NCBI GenBank assembly: GCA_951406725.2 | Contig: OX597825.1 | Coordinates: 84,506,001 to 84,570,000, forward strand | Reading direction: 5' to 3' | Length of the DNA stretch: 64,000 nt | Source of the DNA: Octopus vulgaris | Lineage: Eukaryota | Shown here: positions 25,832-39,795 of the stretch, one piece after another | Numbering within the stretch: the stretch's first letter is position 1 | Layout of the letters: every line of letters starts with the position of its first letter | Made by a program: the position numbers and the translations under genes | The notes under the pieces: generated by a model | What the model saw: only the letters and a program-made list of their open reading frames with translations | Database searches by the model: none | What the model was told of the DNA's origin: nothing

Positions 25832-26030
25832 GGGCGGTCAGCTGGCAGAATCGTCAGTATTCCGGGCAAAATACTCAACAGTATCTCGTCCTTCATTAGA
25901 GTCTGAAGTCCAAATTCCGTTGGGTTCGATCCTACGTTTCAACCTTTGTGGGGTTCAATACAAAAATTACCAGTGGAGTACGAAAGTCGATGTAATTGAC
26001 TATTTCCCTCTCCTTTAAAGTTTCAGGGAT
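25832..26030 (+). mobile_element. SINE family A, diverged
   Basis: ggcggtcagctggcagaatcgtcag...ccgggcaaaat...gtcgatgtaattgact. Confidence 0.78.
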
Positions 26031-26247
26031 TCTATCAATAGGTGGGACAATTAATACTATTATCAATATATTAACGAACAGAAAACTAATATCATTTATC
26101 ATATTTAAACTCGGCAAAGTGTATTGCACATAAGAATGAGAACAGATACCACCCACCTATTAACATGATATATATATATACATACATACATACTTACATA
26201 CTTACATACATATGTATATATACATATATGTATATATAGCTTAAAAG

Positions 26248-26325
26248 TGTATCTATCTATCATCTATCCGTCTACCTACCTCCCTACCTACCTATCTATA
26301 TATCTATCTATCTATCTATCTATCT

Positions 26326-26384
<59 letters not shown>

Positions 26385-26388
26385 GTCT

Positions 26389-26431
<43 letters not shown>

Positions 26432-26435
26432 GTCT

Positions 26436-26474
<39 letters not shown>

Positions 26475-26478
26475 GTCT

Positions 26479-26513
<35 letters not shown>

Positions 26514-26530
26514 GTCTATCTATCTATCTA
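26248..26530. repeat. (TATC)n with periodic gtcttc interruptions
   Basis: Directly visible. Confidence 0.95.
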
Positions 26531-26788
26531 AGCAATCTATGGCTGTGTTAGTTATATGTTATTCCTCCAAAATGCTTCATCTGATGTCATAAACACATGA
26601 ATGCTAGTTCTTGATGACATCTCAATAAAACTTGGGAATCGGCCAGCTACTCCACTTTTCTAACGATGGTGAGATTTTATACACTCGTCAGATATATATG
26701 TCTGCCTTGTGTTTATAGTCATGTTTATAGATACGCAAGTTCCTTAGTTATTGATATGTGAGTGAGTGCGCGTGCATATAAATACATA

Positions 26789-26845
<57 letters not shown>

Positions 26846-26983
26846 GTGTGTTTGTGTGTATGTGTGTATGCATGTATATACATATACATATATATACGTA
26901 AGCATGTTTGCATACAGAGATAGATACATTGATTGATCAATAGACAAATAAACTAATACAAACAAATACAGATATATAAATAT

Positions 26984-27042
<59 letters not shown>

Positions 27043-27332
27043 CATATGCATATATGTTTATATATTCCAAAGATCTGCTTGTAAGTATATATGATTTTTT
27101 TTTGTCGATGTTGTAAGATAACGTTTCTAACGACTGAAATAACATTTGTCATAAACACGAGGATATATATATGTATAAATATGCATATGCCTGTATGCAT
27201 ATATATATATATTGCGCAAACAATATTTTCGTGTGTATGATTCACAGGCAGCCCATTGCGCCACCCCTTCCCCAACAGATATATATGCAAGCATACATCA
27301 TTGTATATGTATCTGGATATATACATATATGC

Positions 27333-27363
<31 letters not shown>

Positions 27364-27369
27364 CATACA

Positions 27370-27400
<31 letters not shown>

Positions 27401-28546
27401 GCGTATACGCGTATACAGAAATATATGTAATATGTATACGCATAAATGTTTGTATATGACGTAGCAAATGGAAGCCCTTGAAGCAACGACATCAAATACT
27501 GTCACGAAAATCCTAAATATGTGCTATAAAACCGATGTCGATATTATTGCGTTCCTGAGAGTAATTCAATTTTAAGTTACATGAATACACGCAGGCACCT
27601 ACGTACTTGCACTCATACACATACACACACGCGCAAAAGTTGGTGTGTTGGTATATGCATATACACTCATAAAAAATTATTGTTGAATATATATAATTTT
27701 AAATTTATACATAGTTTTGTGTAGGTTTGTGTTCGTGTATATTAATCGTTTTTTGCTTGTATTTTTTACCATATGTACATGTGAAGGCTTATGCACACAC
27801 ACACATACATACACAAATTCACACACATTCTCACATATATATATATATATGAATTTTTCGTATAATACGCTTGATTTTTACTTCGTGCACTTTATATCGT
27901 GTAATGGAACAATCAGTGTATATTCATTCTCTTTCTGGGCGTTTGTTTGTCTCTCTACCTTTCCTTCTTTCGCCCCTTTTGCTTATTTTTATTTTTCATT
28001 CAGAGAAGGATTCCCATCAATTATCACGTTTAAAACGCCTTAAATTGGAAGACAGAGATCAGAAGCTTTCTTCGCTGCAAACAAATGTGAACGAACATGT
28101 TACGGTGGTGCAATATATCACTAATATACGTCGAGAAGAACATAATTTGTTTCAGTTCTTATAGAAGTACCGAGGTGAGACAGGTTAGATGGGAGCAAGC
28201 AGCAAGGGAACAATTAGTGAATGGAAATTTGTAAATTAGCACCCTAATTTTTTTTTTTTAATTATTCAAATAATAATATAAATTTAGTTATGAAATCAAT
28301 TTCTTAAAACAGCCTTCGCATATACCGATATAACTTCCCTTAAATTCTATATCAAGCACTTTGTATAAAACCGTGGGTGTTATTCATACATATGGATATC
28401 TGCTTATATGGTAGCACTATATTCTAATATACTCCAGTGTTGGTCTTATGTGTGTATAAAAGCATATCATCAAAGTATCGACTTTGATATAATGTTAGAT
28501 CCTGATGATCAGGCGTAATGCTACTATTTAATAATCGGTAGCCTTA

Positions 28547-28610
<64 letters not shown>

Positions 28611-28824
28611 TGTGTGTGTGTGGGTGTGTGTGTGTATAAGAGTTCTGTAGACACAAATATCAGGAAGCAATAACTAACTGTTGGCGGCAGCCAATAATTT
28701 TAGGACGTAGTTCAAAATGTACTGTCCCTCTGATCATGTTTCGATTCTCATTTCCTGAAATTTCATTCCAGCCCAATCGCCCCCTAAAAATTATGAAAAA
28801 TTTCAACTCTTCGTACACACACAA

Positions 28825-28862
<38 letters not shown>

Positions 28863-29380
28863 GTATGTATATATACATATATGTATTTATCTATATATTT
28901 ATATATTTACATATATAATTGACATCTGCTTGTAGATATTTTATAGATCTATTAGAAATCTTTCGGTTTGGTATATATTGTATCGATCTTCGGTTAACTT
29001 GTAAGAGTAAAATCTTAAGAAACATCAAAAGACATATGATCGACTCTTATCAGCATCGCGCTAACATTTCTAATATTTTGTTTACTATTAAATAATGGTG
29101 TTCACCTTCCCGTATTTTCGCCGCTGTAGAGGATAAATTTTGATTCATTATCCAAGGAGCAAGATTCTCGAAACTTATAAACGAGGAAAACATTTGAAAA
29201 AGGAAAATATTCAATAAAACAGAAATATTAAAAAAAATTGGTGAAATAACCGAATCGGAATAAACTATGTTGAATTAACACACGTGAGTTTGCTTCTAAT
29301 ATGGAAATAATAGGTTCACCTGCACCTAGCGTAACACACCTACACGTATACATGCAGAAAATAGACACGCATCCACCCTT

Positions 29381-29503
<123 letters not shown>

Positions 29504-29637
29504 CGTATATATATTATATATACATATATACATATATATATACATGTATATATATAATATAAATAATACATAGATGCAAATATACATACATATATGTACT
29601 TACCTACAGATATATGTATATATACATGCATATATAT

Positions 29638-29827
29638 GGGTACAGCACGTCAAAAAGACGTGAAGAAAATGAAAAGCAAGAACATTAAAAGAAAACGCAA
29701 AAACATGGAAAACGAACATTTTTTCCGGACAACGAAAGAAACAAATAGAGAAACGAGACAGGCAACATAAAGAAGTGTCCCTTCGTCAGTTGTCTCTCGT
29801 TTTATCTACTCCGCGTCTCGAAGGTTA
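29638..29827 (-). mobile_element. Penelope-like terminal fragment (family P4) in (TA)n
   Basis: Bounded by TA repeats. Minus strand has ccttCGAGACGC then, about 25 nt later, CTGACGAAGGG, i.e. partial hammerhead-like boxes. Confidence 0.4.
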
Positions 29828-29839
29828 TATATGTGTGTA

Positions 29840-29899
<60 letters not shown>

Positions 29900-29908
29900 T
29901 ATGTATAC

Positions 29909-29940
<32 letters not shown>

Positions 29941-29955
29941 TATATATATATATAC

Positions 29956-30004
<49 letters not shown>

Positions 30005-32207
30005 TACACACATACATGCATTTTATATCTATATGCATTTACGCATCTATATATATACGTGTGTGTGCGTGTATACTTATAGACATATGTGTATATATAT
30101 ACGCGCCTGAATATATAACATGTCGGCATTCGCAATTGTCTTGGCGTTATTTTAATTAAGTGCTAACAATGCCATCATTATTTACACCAAGTGTTCTCTA
30201 CTTGTAAAAGATTCCATAATACCATTTCTATTCCTCATTGAAGCCACATATCCGGTTAAAGCTATTTTACTTCACTTATGTCGATACTGCTATTTCAAGA
30301 ATATTTTTTTTCAGATGATAAAATTGTATTAAATCTAACGAATTCAGAATTTACGACGAGTTCCAATGAACTAGATCAACAATTCTTTATTGATATCTTC
30401 TATTACGTCATTTTCTCTGAAGTTATCAAAATGCAACGATGCAAATGTCATTCATGATTTGCGATTAGTTAAAAAAAAAACATATTTTATACGAATTATG
30501 GTTCTATAAAAACAATTCACATCAAGTTTAAAAAGACTGCTTTATTTTCCAACGTTCTCAAGAGAAGAGATCTTGCTTTATTTTTGAAGTTGTCCGCAGT
30601 ATAAAAGAACTTGGTTTAAGAATATGGCGAATATTATATGACAGTGTACCTGTCCCAGCTGACTGGTAGTTTATCAGTCGAAGGTAATCCTCTGCATTCA
30701 TGTCAAATCATTTGTTTCTGTAGCGATATAGCAAATGTTAATATTGCTGCCATATTGGTACACAGTCTTTAAACTGCTGTCGTTGTTTGTTTCCATGTAA
30801 ATCACGATCGAACAGGCATATGATCAAACACACTCTCCATGTGACCGTTATGCCTTTTGATATATATATAAATTATCTTAGCTTTATCTGTTTCAGGCTA
30901 TACAATACAATATATAATTTGTGTGGTTTTAAATTGAGTAGGTATGGTTTTAAAATTAGTTCGGCTGTTAGTTCTGCATACTCAGTGTCGCCTTATAGTT
31001 TATTCTGACATAATCATACATATATATATTACATAGCTGTAGACAGCGGAAGCATTACCTGGTTGACGAGTGTTTCATTTATTTCCGATGTCTGACCTCA
31101 GTTTCAATCATAAATATGGAGAAACCGTCTGAAGGTCACAATATTTCTCATAGTTCTTGTTTTACTTTATTTTAAAACTGTGTGCAATGGTGTTCAGTGA
31201 CCAAATGACCAACACTATAAAATGGACTTCGACGGTTTGTCCTTCTTGTTATTGTTGCTGACAATAACGATGACAAACAAAAAACAACAAAAAATAACAA
31301 GATATTACAGCAGTGATATTCCTTCCGTTTCTGGCTCTCTAGGGGTATCACTATCTAATGTAACCATTACATAATTAGACGAGACCATGTCCTTTGAGGG
31401 GGACTTGGCCATATACTCAGTCAAAGGCTCCTTCTATGACCAGATTGTAGAGCATTTTATGATAATTGTGACTCACATAACACTCATCAGCTGAATTCGA
31501 AAGCTATCCCTGTCTCCAGTTACATATATCTACTAATCTCTCTGTTAGACGAAGAAAATGTCAAACTGCGACAGAAATTTTCTCAGTGATATTTTCTACG
31601 TGTTTAGATCTGTTCCTAGTGTAACCACTTCACTTTTAAACTTTCATTCGTCGTTCCTGCCTTTTAAATTCGAGATATTACTTCGTTGGAATTTGTCATT
31701 TTCTCACTTATGCGTTAATTATAACAAAAAATGTGTTTATCGTATTTCTTTTCTTCGAGGTAGAATGAAGAAACATTTTGGTTACCCTCAAGGGATTATC
31801 CGAGACAGATTATCTTTCATGTCACACCATTCTTTCAACATTTTTTTGTAAGGAACGATATCGATATTTCTTTATGTTGAATGAAGTGACACGGGAGACA
31901 TTTCGACAAAATATAAAACTGAACGTGCAACTGATAAGAACCATTAACACCTTATCTAAATCCACTAACATCATAACTGACTGGTTTCTGAAACATTTTA
32001 TTCTATAACTACCATTCAATACTCAACTACATCCTTATAACCGTTATATAACTCTTACTATTGTAGATATTCATAAGTGTATGTATGGCAACGTGGTTCT
32101 GGGCTGGAACCAACAGCAGGGGGCCTCGAAGATGTACCTTCCACAATAAAGGTATAAAATAATTAATTTCTTAAAAATGAAGTTGTCTTTTTGCTGAAGT
32201 CTGGCAT

Positions 32208-32287
32208 ATGTCTGAGCATTTTCCCGCTTATAGAATTAGCTGAACTCTAGTTCAGCTAATTCTATAAGCAGGAAAATGCTCAGACAT
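32208..32287. repeat. Near-perfect 80-bp palindrome (39-bp arms, 1 mismatch, 2-nt loop)
   Basis: atgtctgagcattttcccgcttatagaattagctgaact-ct-agttcagctaattctataagcaggaaaatgctcagacat. Confidence 0.97.
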
Positions 32288-32341
32288 GAAAATGCTCCAA
32301 CATATGAAAATTCTAAGACATATGAAAATGCTCAGACATAA
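32272..32341. repeat. About 18-bp tandem repeat x4 derived from the palindrome end
   Basis: gaaaatgctcagacat / gaaaatgctccaacatat / gaaaattctaagacatat / gaaaatgctcagacataa. Confidence 0.9.
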
Positions 32342-33362
32342 GGGAAATAATTTGCTGCAGAATTTATCGTAAATGAAGGATGTCAACTGGATTCATTAGT
32401 CCTGTCAGGAACCAACAAAGGAACATATACAGGTAATTGAAATCGGTAGAAATAACAGCCAAATTTTCCTCAATTTTTAACAAGAAGTACATACTCAACA
32501 AGAGGATGTGAAAGTCACAACTGCTGAGTTGAATGACCTGCGGTTGATCAGCATCAAGTACACGAACAAGCAGTCATTTCCCGTGTATTTGCGACTAGTG
32601 TCTCTATTCTAATCCGCTTGAGGAATAAACGGACGTCATCTTAACTAGTCTTCACAATTTTTCAATACTTCGAAGGTCACGTGACATATGTTTGATAATC
32701 TTAGATCAATAAAATTTTGGAATATTTAGAAAGTGACGTAGATAGACATCGCATGAAACAACTGTCATTGCTTTGGAAACGATGGTTAACACGGATAATC
32801 CTTCTTTTATCATGACTGGATATGTTGACATGTCATTAATATTTAGTAACTCACTGGTCATTAGGGAGACATTGGATTAAGCTTGTTTGATCTTTGTTGT
32901 AATAGTAAAACTCTACTTGTGTGGCTGGAATACGCTGGCCGCATAAAATATATAGGACCATAGAAGACTGGGTCAGTATTGAACAATACTTGTCCGACAG
33001 TAAGCCATTCATTAATCATTGAATAATGGAACAGCCACAGTGATTATGCTAGAATATTCTCTTTCTACATTGATGGAATTCGTGTCGTTAAATTCTGAAC
33101 GACTCTACATTATTTCTTGCGCGCCAAGTAAGAATTCCCCAGGTGTTGCAGACAGTTCATACCGGGAAAGAAGAAGACATTTGTTGAAGTGTGTAGCGGA
33201 GATTGCGAAAAATGTATATGTGAGGGAAAAGGGTCATTGTATTAGTACACGTAGAAGAAAGATGATAAAGAGAATAGTTTAACATGTCTATCTCTCTATC
33301 TACCAACGAACGAATGAATGAATTAATGAATAAATGAATTTCTCTTTCACTCTCTCTCTCAC

Positions 33363-33449
<87 letters not shown>

Positions 33450-33482
33450 GTCTGACGGTATGTCTATCCATCTCTCGCTCTC

Positions 33483-33561
<79 letters not shown>

Positions 33562-33586
33562 TATAATTACGAGTATAATTATAATT

Positions 33587-33688
33587 AGAGTTCAGCAAAG
33601 ATGTGCTTTACCACATACCGAAGTTTAGAAATAGCAGCCAAAGAACCTTAGCTATTTCTTCTACTATAAGAAGAGACTCCAGGACAAA

Positions 33689-33695
<7 letters not shown>
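33587..33695. mobile_element. Second copy of the short (TA)n-embedded repeat at 1585
   Basis: gttcagcaaag...ccacataccgaagtttagaaatagcagcc...ttagctatttcttctact. Confidence 0.75.
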
Positions 33696-33762
<67 letters not shown>

Positions 33763-34033
33763 ATCTATCTATCTATATCTATCTACCCGTCTATCTATCT
33801 ATTTATCGATCTATCTATATATTTATCTATCTGTCCACGGTATGTCTATCCTTCTCTCTTTAAACGTTCCATTTTTTACGTTTTAGTTCTATTTCTTTCG
33901 CGTCTTCCACCCTCTTAAACGTGAAATTCAACCCACGGTTTATTTTGTTTGCAAGGCTTGTAATATGAAAATGTAATTCAACATAGATATAAATTATCTT
34001 TTAGATACGAAACTGCAGATATATGTGTATTTT

Positions 34034-34197
34034 CAGGCGTGTCAAAAAATCTATAGAAGCTATACGTCCAAAATAATATTGTGTTAATTTAGACTTATTA
34101 AATACTCATACTTTATATATTTATACACCTATCAATTAATACAATGTTATTTTGGACGTATATCATCTCTGATGATTTTTGGATGTAATTTTCCTGG
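34034..34197. mobile_element. Small fold-back/MITE-like element
   Basis: Arms 34061-34089 and 34134-34162 are 29-bp inverted repeats with 2 mismatches. Weaker pairing extends outward to cagg...cctg. Confidence 0.6.
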
Positions 34198-34330
34198 TCT
34201 TATTTTATAACATAATATATAAACGCTCTCGTTAAATGTCTAAATACTTTCAATGTTTTAGACATTTCTCTATCAGAGTACTTATTAAAAAATTCAGTAT
34301 ATTGTATTCTCGTTGAATATATTTGATTAA

Positions 34331-34377
<47 letters not shown>

Positions 34378-34665
34378 CACATATATCTGAGGTGAGTAGC
34401 TATTCATGAAAAACTATTTCTAAAGAAACGAGAAAGATAAAGAGTGCACGAATATAAAAGTGAACCCCAGGTGGACGTAAACCAATTCCAGTGCTACATG
34501 CACCTGGTCCCACGATTTCACTTTCTATTTGTATAGGTCTATATATGGCATATTCATACTTGAAAATAGTTATCTGCAGGTGTGCTGATACTTACACACA
34601 CACACACACATATCAAATCTGGCAACTGGAAGTATGGAAGTATATGTATGTATGTACAAATGTCT

Positions 34666-34707
<42 letters not shown>

Positions 34708-34767
34708 TGTATATATATATGTATGTATATATATATATATATATATATATACATGTGTGTGTGTCTT

Positions 34768-34848
<81 letters not shown>

Positions 34849-35736
34849 ATGTATATGTATATATAAATCCATGTATGTATGTATGAATGCTCTGAGATGG
34901 CATACTGGCACATGCATACACAATCAAACGTTCATATGGACCCATTTGACTGCTGTGTCTAAGTCTTGTAGTTCTATGATTATAGAGAATTAGAATACTG
35001 CAAAGAGGGAGAGGGAGAGAGAGAGAGAAATTGAGAGACAGAAAGAGAGAAAGATAGAGAGAGAAAGAGAAGAGGGAAGAGGCAGGGAGAGTGAGACGGG
35101 GAAGAGAATGAGGAAATGAGAAATAGATATAGGAAAATAGAGACCAAGATAATGCGACAATGAGATGTACACACACATACATACACACACGCATACAAAC
35201 ATATATATGCATGTATATACGTATATACATACATACACCCACAAATTTTAAAGAATTTCTCTCGGCCTTTAAAGCCAGATTTCCCAAGAGGAAGTTCTGT
35301 TAAACGTTGTCTAATGAAGAGACGAAAAGATTCAACTTACTTTAATTGATCGCCAACAAACGAACTCACAAGATACAATGTTTGTTATTTCCTTAGTGAT
35401 TATGAGGTGCTTTATATACACCCAGCTCATTGACAAGATCATCTGTCAAAGCATCTGCAGAAATACACTTTTCTCACCAAACCTACTAATCAACTAAACT
35501 AGCGCTAGTGGTACTCACTAGCAATAACTTCACAATAGCACGTTTGTTCGGTCTTCATTACCATTTGCAATACATCAAATCAAAAACTGTGCTTTAATGC
35601 ACGCACGTTTGCGCTCCATCTTTCGTTTTCACACACATGTACGAACACAAATACGCACGCGCGTATATATACACGTGCACAATATGAATAGATATTTACA
35701 TTCATGAACATGCTTGTACACGCGCGTATATATACT

Positions 35737-35807
<71 letters not shown>

Positions 35808-35882
35808 GTTTAAATATTTGTTGTGCAAGATTTTTTATGTGAAGTCGTGTGTTATGTGTTATGTGAAGTCCGAAATATAACA

Positions 35883-35938
<56 letters not shown>

Positions 35939-36340
35939 TTATATATATATATATGTGTGTGTGTGTAAATTAGTATGTGTAGATAGAGATGCTTGAACAT
36001 GCGCGCCAGCACACATGTTCACATTCATTGCGTACAATGATATATTTCTGTATGTGTGTGTATGTGTACGAATGCATGTAAGCATCTACGTATGTGTATG
36101 AGAGCGTGTTTGTGTGCATATATACATGCGCGCGCATGCATACACATACGCATGCACGCACACACACGCACGTATCTCCATGTATTTAAATCCGTTTTGA
36201 GCTGACGATTTTCCTCCGTACGCATTCCTATAAATATTCACGTCATGTCCACAACTAAAAATTGATTTTATTTCGTGCATGAACAATGTTTGTATCTATG
36301 TAGATGCGTCTGCCTTTCTCTCTGTATACATATACACATA

Positions 36341-36390
<50 letters not shown>

Positions 36391-36567
36391 TTTTTTTTTC
36401 TTTTTACTTGTCTCAGTCATTTTAACTGCGGCCATGCTGGACCACCGCCTTTAATCGAGCAACTCGACCCCAGGAGTTATTCTTTGTAAGCCCAGTACTT
36501 ATTCTATCGGTCTCTTTTGCCGAACCGCTAAGTGAAGGGGACAAACACAGACACGCAGACATACACG

Positions 36568-36601
<34 letters not shown>

Positions 36602-36754
36602 CATATATACGAGGGCTTCTTTCAGTTTCCGTCTACCAAATCCACTCACAAGGCTTTGGTTGGCCCGAGGCTATAGTAGAAGACACTTGCCCAACGTGCC
36701 ACGGAACCATGTGGCTGGTAAACAAGCTACTTACCACACAGCCACTCCTGCGCC
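36391..36754 (-). mobile_element. SINE family B, near full length
   Basis: Reverse complement begins ggcgcaggagtggctgtgtggtaagtagcttg and contains ttgggcaagtgtcttctactatagcc, the internal microsatellite and cagcatggccgcag. Confidence 0.92.
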
Positions 36755-36804
36755 ATATATATATATATATATACATATATACATATATATATATTTACGC
36801 ATTA

Positions 36805-37005
36805 CCCATTGTAGCCAGTTAATCGTTGACGATTTCTTTCCTCCATCTTCCTTTTCTCTTGGAATTTCCTCTGTCTCCTGTTTCTAAAGAAGAGCTCTGC
36901 TGGAAACGTAAAACCACGTTTCATTCCTTCTCTGAGCGTTAGCTAATACTTTGCATGTACCATGTCTTCGCGTTTTTGTATTTTCTCTTGTGCTTGTCTT
37001 TTTTT
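36805..37005 (+). mobile_element. Penelope-like/retrozyme-like short repeat (family P2) with hammerhead-like motif
   Basis: Homologous to 40155-40350. gttt-CTAAAGA-A-GAGC-tct-GCTG-GAAACGTA-aaac at 36880-36914. Confidence 0.7.
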
Positions 37006-37032
37006 TTGTGGGGGGGGGTTGTTATATATATA

Positions 37033-37302
37033 ACTGCACACACATCTGCGATGTTTTTATCAGTTCTGCTGGTTGCAGGTCTCCCAAAAATTTCATCTAT
37101 ATCGACATATTTTCGCCATTTTGGAAACGTCTGAATCACTCGTACACGCAGCAAACAGCGGAAGTGAGTTAGATAGTTAAAACTTAGTGTGCATGTAGAG
37201 CAGAGGTCAAGGTCAATTTGTGCCGTGCGGCTTTACTCTGCGTGCTTTAGCTTCATCACTATGGCAACACGACGGATGGATAATTATTGATCAGCATGTG
37301 TA
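37033..37302 (-). mobile_element. Mariner 5' fragment (same family as 3964-4831), internally deleted
   Basis: Aligns with 4447-4565 and 4700-4830; encodes the DEIFGRPATSRTDKNIADVCA segment. Confidence 0.85.
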
Positions 37303-37309
37303 TTAGTTC

Positions 37310-37556
37310 GACGCTAGTGAAAATGAAAAAGTCATTTACGTTTCGAACCTACGCTCTTCGCCAGAAAGGAATAAAAGGAAGTAAACAGAGGGAGATGAAA
37401 GAAACTTGTAGATTTATCTTTATTTTCTTTTAATCTTTTCTAACGAAGAGTGTAGGTTCGAAACGTAAAAAACTTTTTCATTTTCCCGAGAGTCAAACTA
37501 AAACGCTTGCTGTTCATACTCCTCTCTTCGTCTTTTGTTTTTCTATAAATTTCAAC
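37310..37556. mobile_element. Inverted pair of family P1 repeats, each with a hammerhead-like motif
   Basis: Minus copy CTGGCGA-A-GAGC-gtag-GTTC-GAAACGTA (37335-37368). Plus copy CTAACGA-A-GAGT-gtag-GTTC-GAAACGTA (37436-37470). Confidence 0.75.
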
Positions 37557-37711
37557 TATATATGTATATATGAATATCGATATCAGAAGGATTAAATGTC
37601 CTGGGCAATAGGCTCATAAAACGGGCTTCTTGGATTCTGCACCGTAGAGAAATCTTGTCATTGAGGGGCCGTCAGTCCCTTGCATGCTTATTAATATATA
37701 CATATACACAC

Positions 37712-37878
37712 ACGTCCAACCGTCCGAGTTCTTTTACACGGCTTAGAAAAAAATCCGAAGGGCCACTGCAATAAGTGTGTGAATTTGAGACGGGAAGAAG
37801 TTGAAAAGAATTATAATTAACTGATCATTCAGTATTTCTTTTTACTGAAAGCCTGGAATTTTCCAACTCTCCTTCGTG
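37712..37878 (+). mobile_element. Mariner 3' end fragment
   Basis: Reads ..EFFYT..KK...CNKCVNLRREEVEK, compare mariner C-terminus FY..GI.KL..RW.KCV.L.G.YVEK. Followed by TIR-like ggaattttccaactctccttcgtg. Confidence 0.65.
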
Positions 37879-38830
37879 TGTGTATGTGTGTATTTATATA
37901 TTTGTATGTATATGCATATATATGTCTGCCTGTGTGTGTGTTTATAAATCTTTTGCTTAATACTATGATGTTTTTATATATTACTTGACATAAAATCAAA
38001 TATGTATACACGTAAACGCACACCCCATATATTCATGTATACACACTCATATAATGTTACCCATCAGTACAATGATTTATAGTTGCCTTAATTCGTTTCT
38101 TAATCATTATTTCTCTTTAACACTGTTGTATTTTCATATCTAACACAAATCTCCGATGTTCAAGTAATGTTCGACATCGACGTCTGTTGTAGCAGGCAAC
38201 CAAAGTCAGTTTTTTTAAAATATAAATCCAGCGAAAATTCAATATTTTAACAAACGAAATAAAATTATTGTTCGTCTTTAATCAAGTTGGTAAAAATTAA
38301 AAATCACTTTGTGACCTAAAACGAACTTGAATTTTTTGATCGACAGTTTTCTTTAGTCGCCACCATATAATTCGTGATTTTCTACATGATTTCACTGTGA
38401 ATGTTTGATGTAAAATAATATAAGGTTTGTTATAATCATATATTTAAGTTTTCTAATATAATTCCAATAAAGATATCAATCAATTCTACAACTATTCATT
38501 GAGTAAAACGACTTTAAGTAGATATTTTAAATATAATTATAAATAATGTCGCAATTACGTTGTTAAAACACATAATTATTTAATCCATTTTGAGACTCGT
38601 TGTTTATAGAATTGTATTTTTGAAAATTTTATTTGGCTGCAGAGGAGGTGAAGTCCTCCATAATATCAAGCTATTTAATTTACAAGGAACTACAACTGTA
38701 ACATCAGGAATAACAACAAAAATCGACCAGCCAATAACAGAACATTTATATGAAAGAGGTAGCTCGCCCACCGGCTGTTGGCAAATTTTCCACTTCCTTT
38801 GTAACACATAAAAGGATAATATAGTTAAAA

Positions 38831-39057
38831 GGCGGCGAGCTGGCAGAATCGTTAGCACGCCGGGCGAAATGCGTAGCCGTATTTAGTCTGCCGTTACGTT
38901 CTGAGTTCAAATTCAGCCGATGTCGACTTTGACTTTCATCCTTTCGGGGTCGACAAATTAAGTACCAGTTACGCACTGGGGTCGAAGTAATCGACTTAAT
39001 CTTTGTCTGTCCTTGTTTGTCCCCTCTATGTTTAGCCCCTTGTGGGTAATAAAGAAA
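38831..39057 (+). mobile_element. SINE family A, best-preserved copy
   Basis: ggcggcgagctggcagaatcgttagcacgccgggcgaaatg...gagttcaaattc...tttcatcctttcggggtcgacaaattaagtaccagtt...gccccttgtgggtaataaagaaa. Confidence 0.93.
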
Positions 39058-39760
39058 CAGATAATGGATTGTTAAACTTAGGCCAGTTAAATTATGTTTA
39101 TAATTGCTATTTCTGTAGGTAGCATAGTGCAGAGATGATCAAACAGCACACGATAAATGCGGGGTTCAATCCATGCCTCGTGTTGTGGGAAGAGTTTTTT
39201 TCTTTTTCGTCTGATATTGGCCGTAAAAGTAAAAATATTAGTTTGACGTTCGTTGACAAGGAAGTAGAAGATTCCTTCGTGTTCCGAGATTAACTGCTCG
39301 CTCACGACTTCAGAAAGATACATTAGAAGACATAAAACGTATAAGATAAGGCAAAGAAAAGACAGGAGTTACGAAGAAACATATGTTTTAGGTTCTATCA
39401 TACCATAAAGGAAATGTCGAAGGTCGAGTGACTAGAAGGGACTTAGAAAGGAAGAGACATCATACGTATTGTAAAAGCAGAGTAGGAAACTCGGCGTAAC
39501 TTATGTATGATGTGCGCGTATGTTAGGGGCTTCTTCGTGTATTATTCGGACGTAAACGTGTGTGTGGTGTGGTGCTTGTATGTGTGTGTATATTTGTGTG
39601 TTTATTTGTTTACGTGTGTGTGTGAGAGAGAGGGAAAGTGAGTGAGAAAGAGTTAGAGAGGGTGAGAAAATGCAAATTATATGGACCATTTTGCATGTAC
39701 GCTGTGTCTTATTCTAAAATACGTGAGTAGAAAATAACTGTATATATGTATGCATATATA

Positions 39761-39792
<32 letters not shown>

Positions 39793-39795
<3 letters not shown>

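Noticed and set aside
28475-28515. Small hairpins with ctgatga (hammerhead or snoRNA C box)
   Set aside because: No downstream GAAA box with stem II, and no D box with terminal stem.
38831-38920. tRNA gene calls for A/B-box sequences
   Set aside because: These are SINE heads: no cloverleaf, and always joined to the same SINE body.
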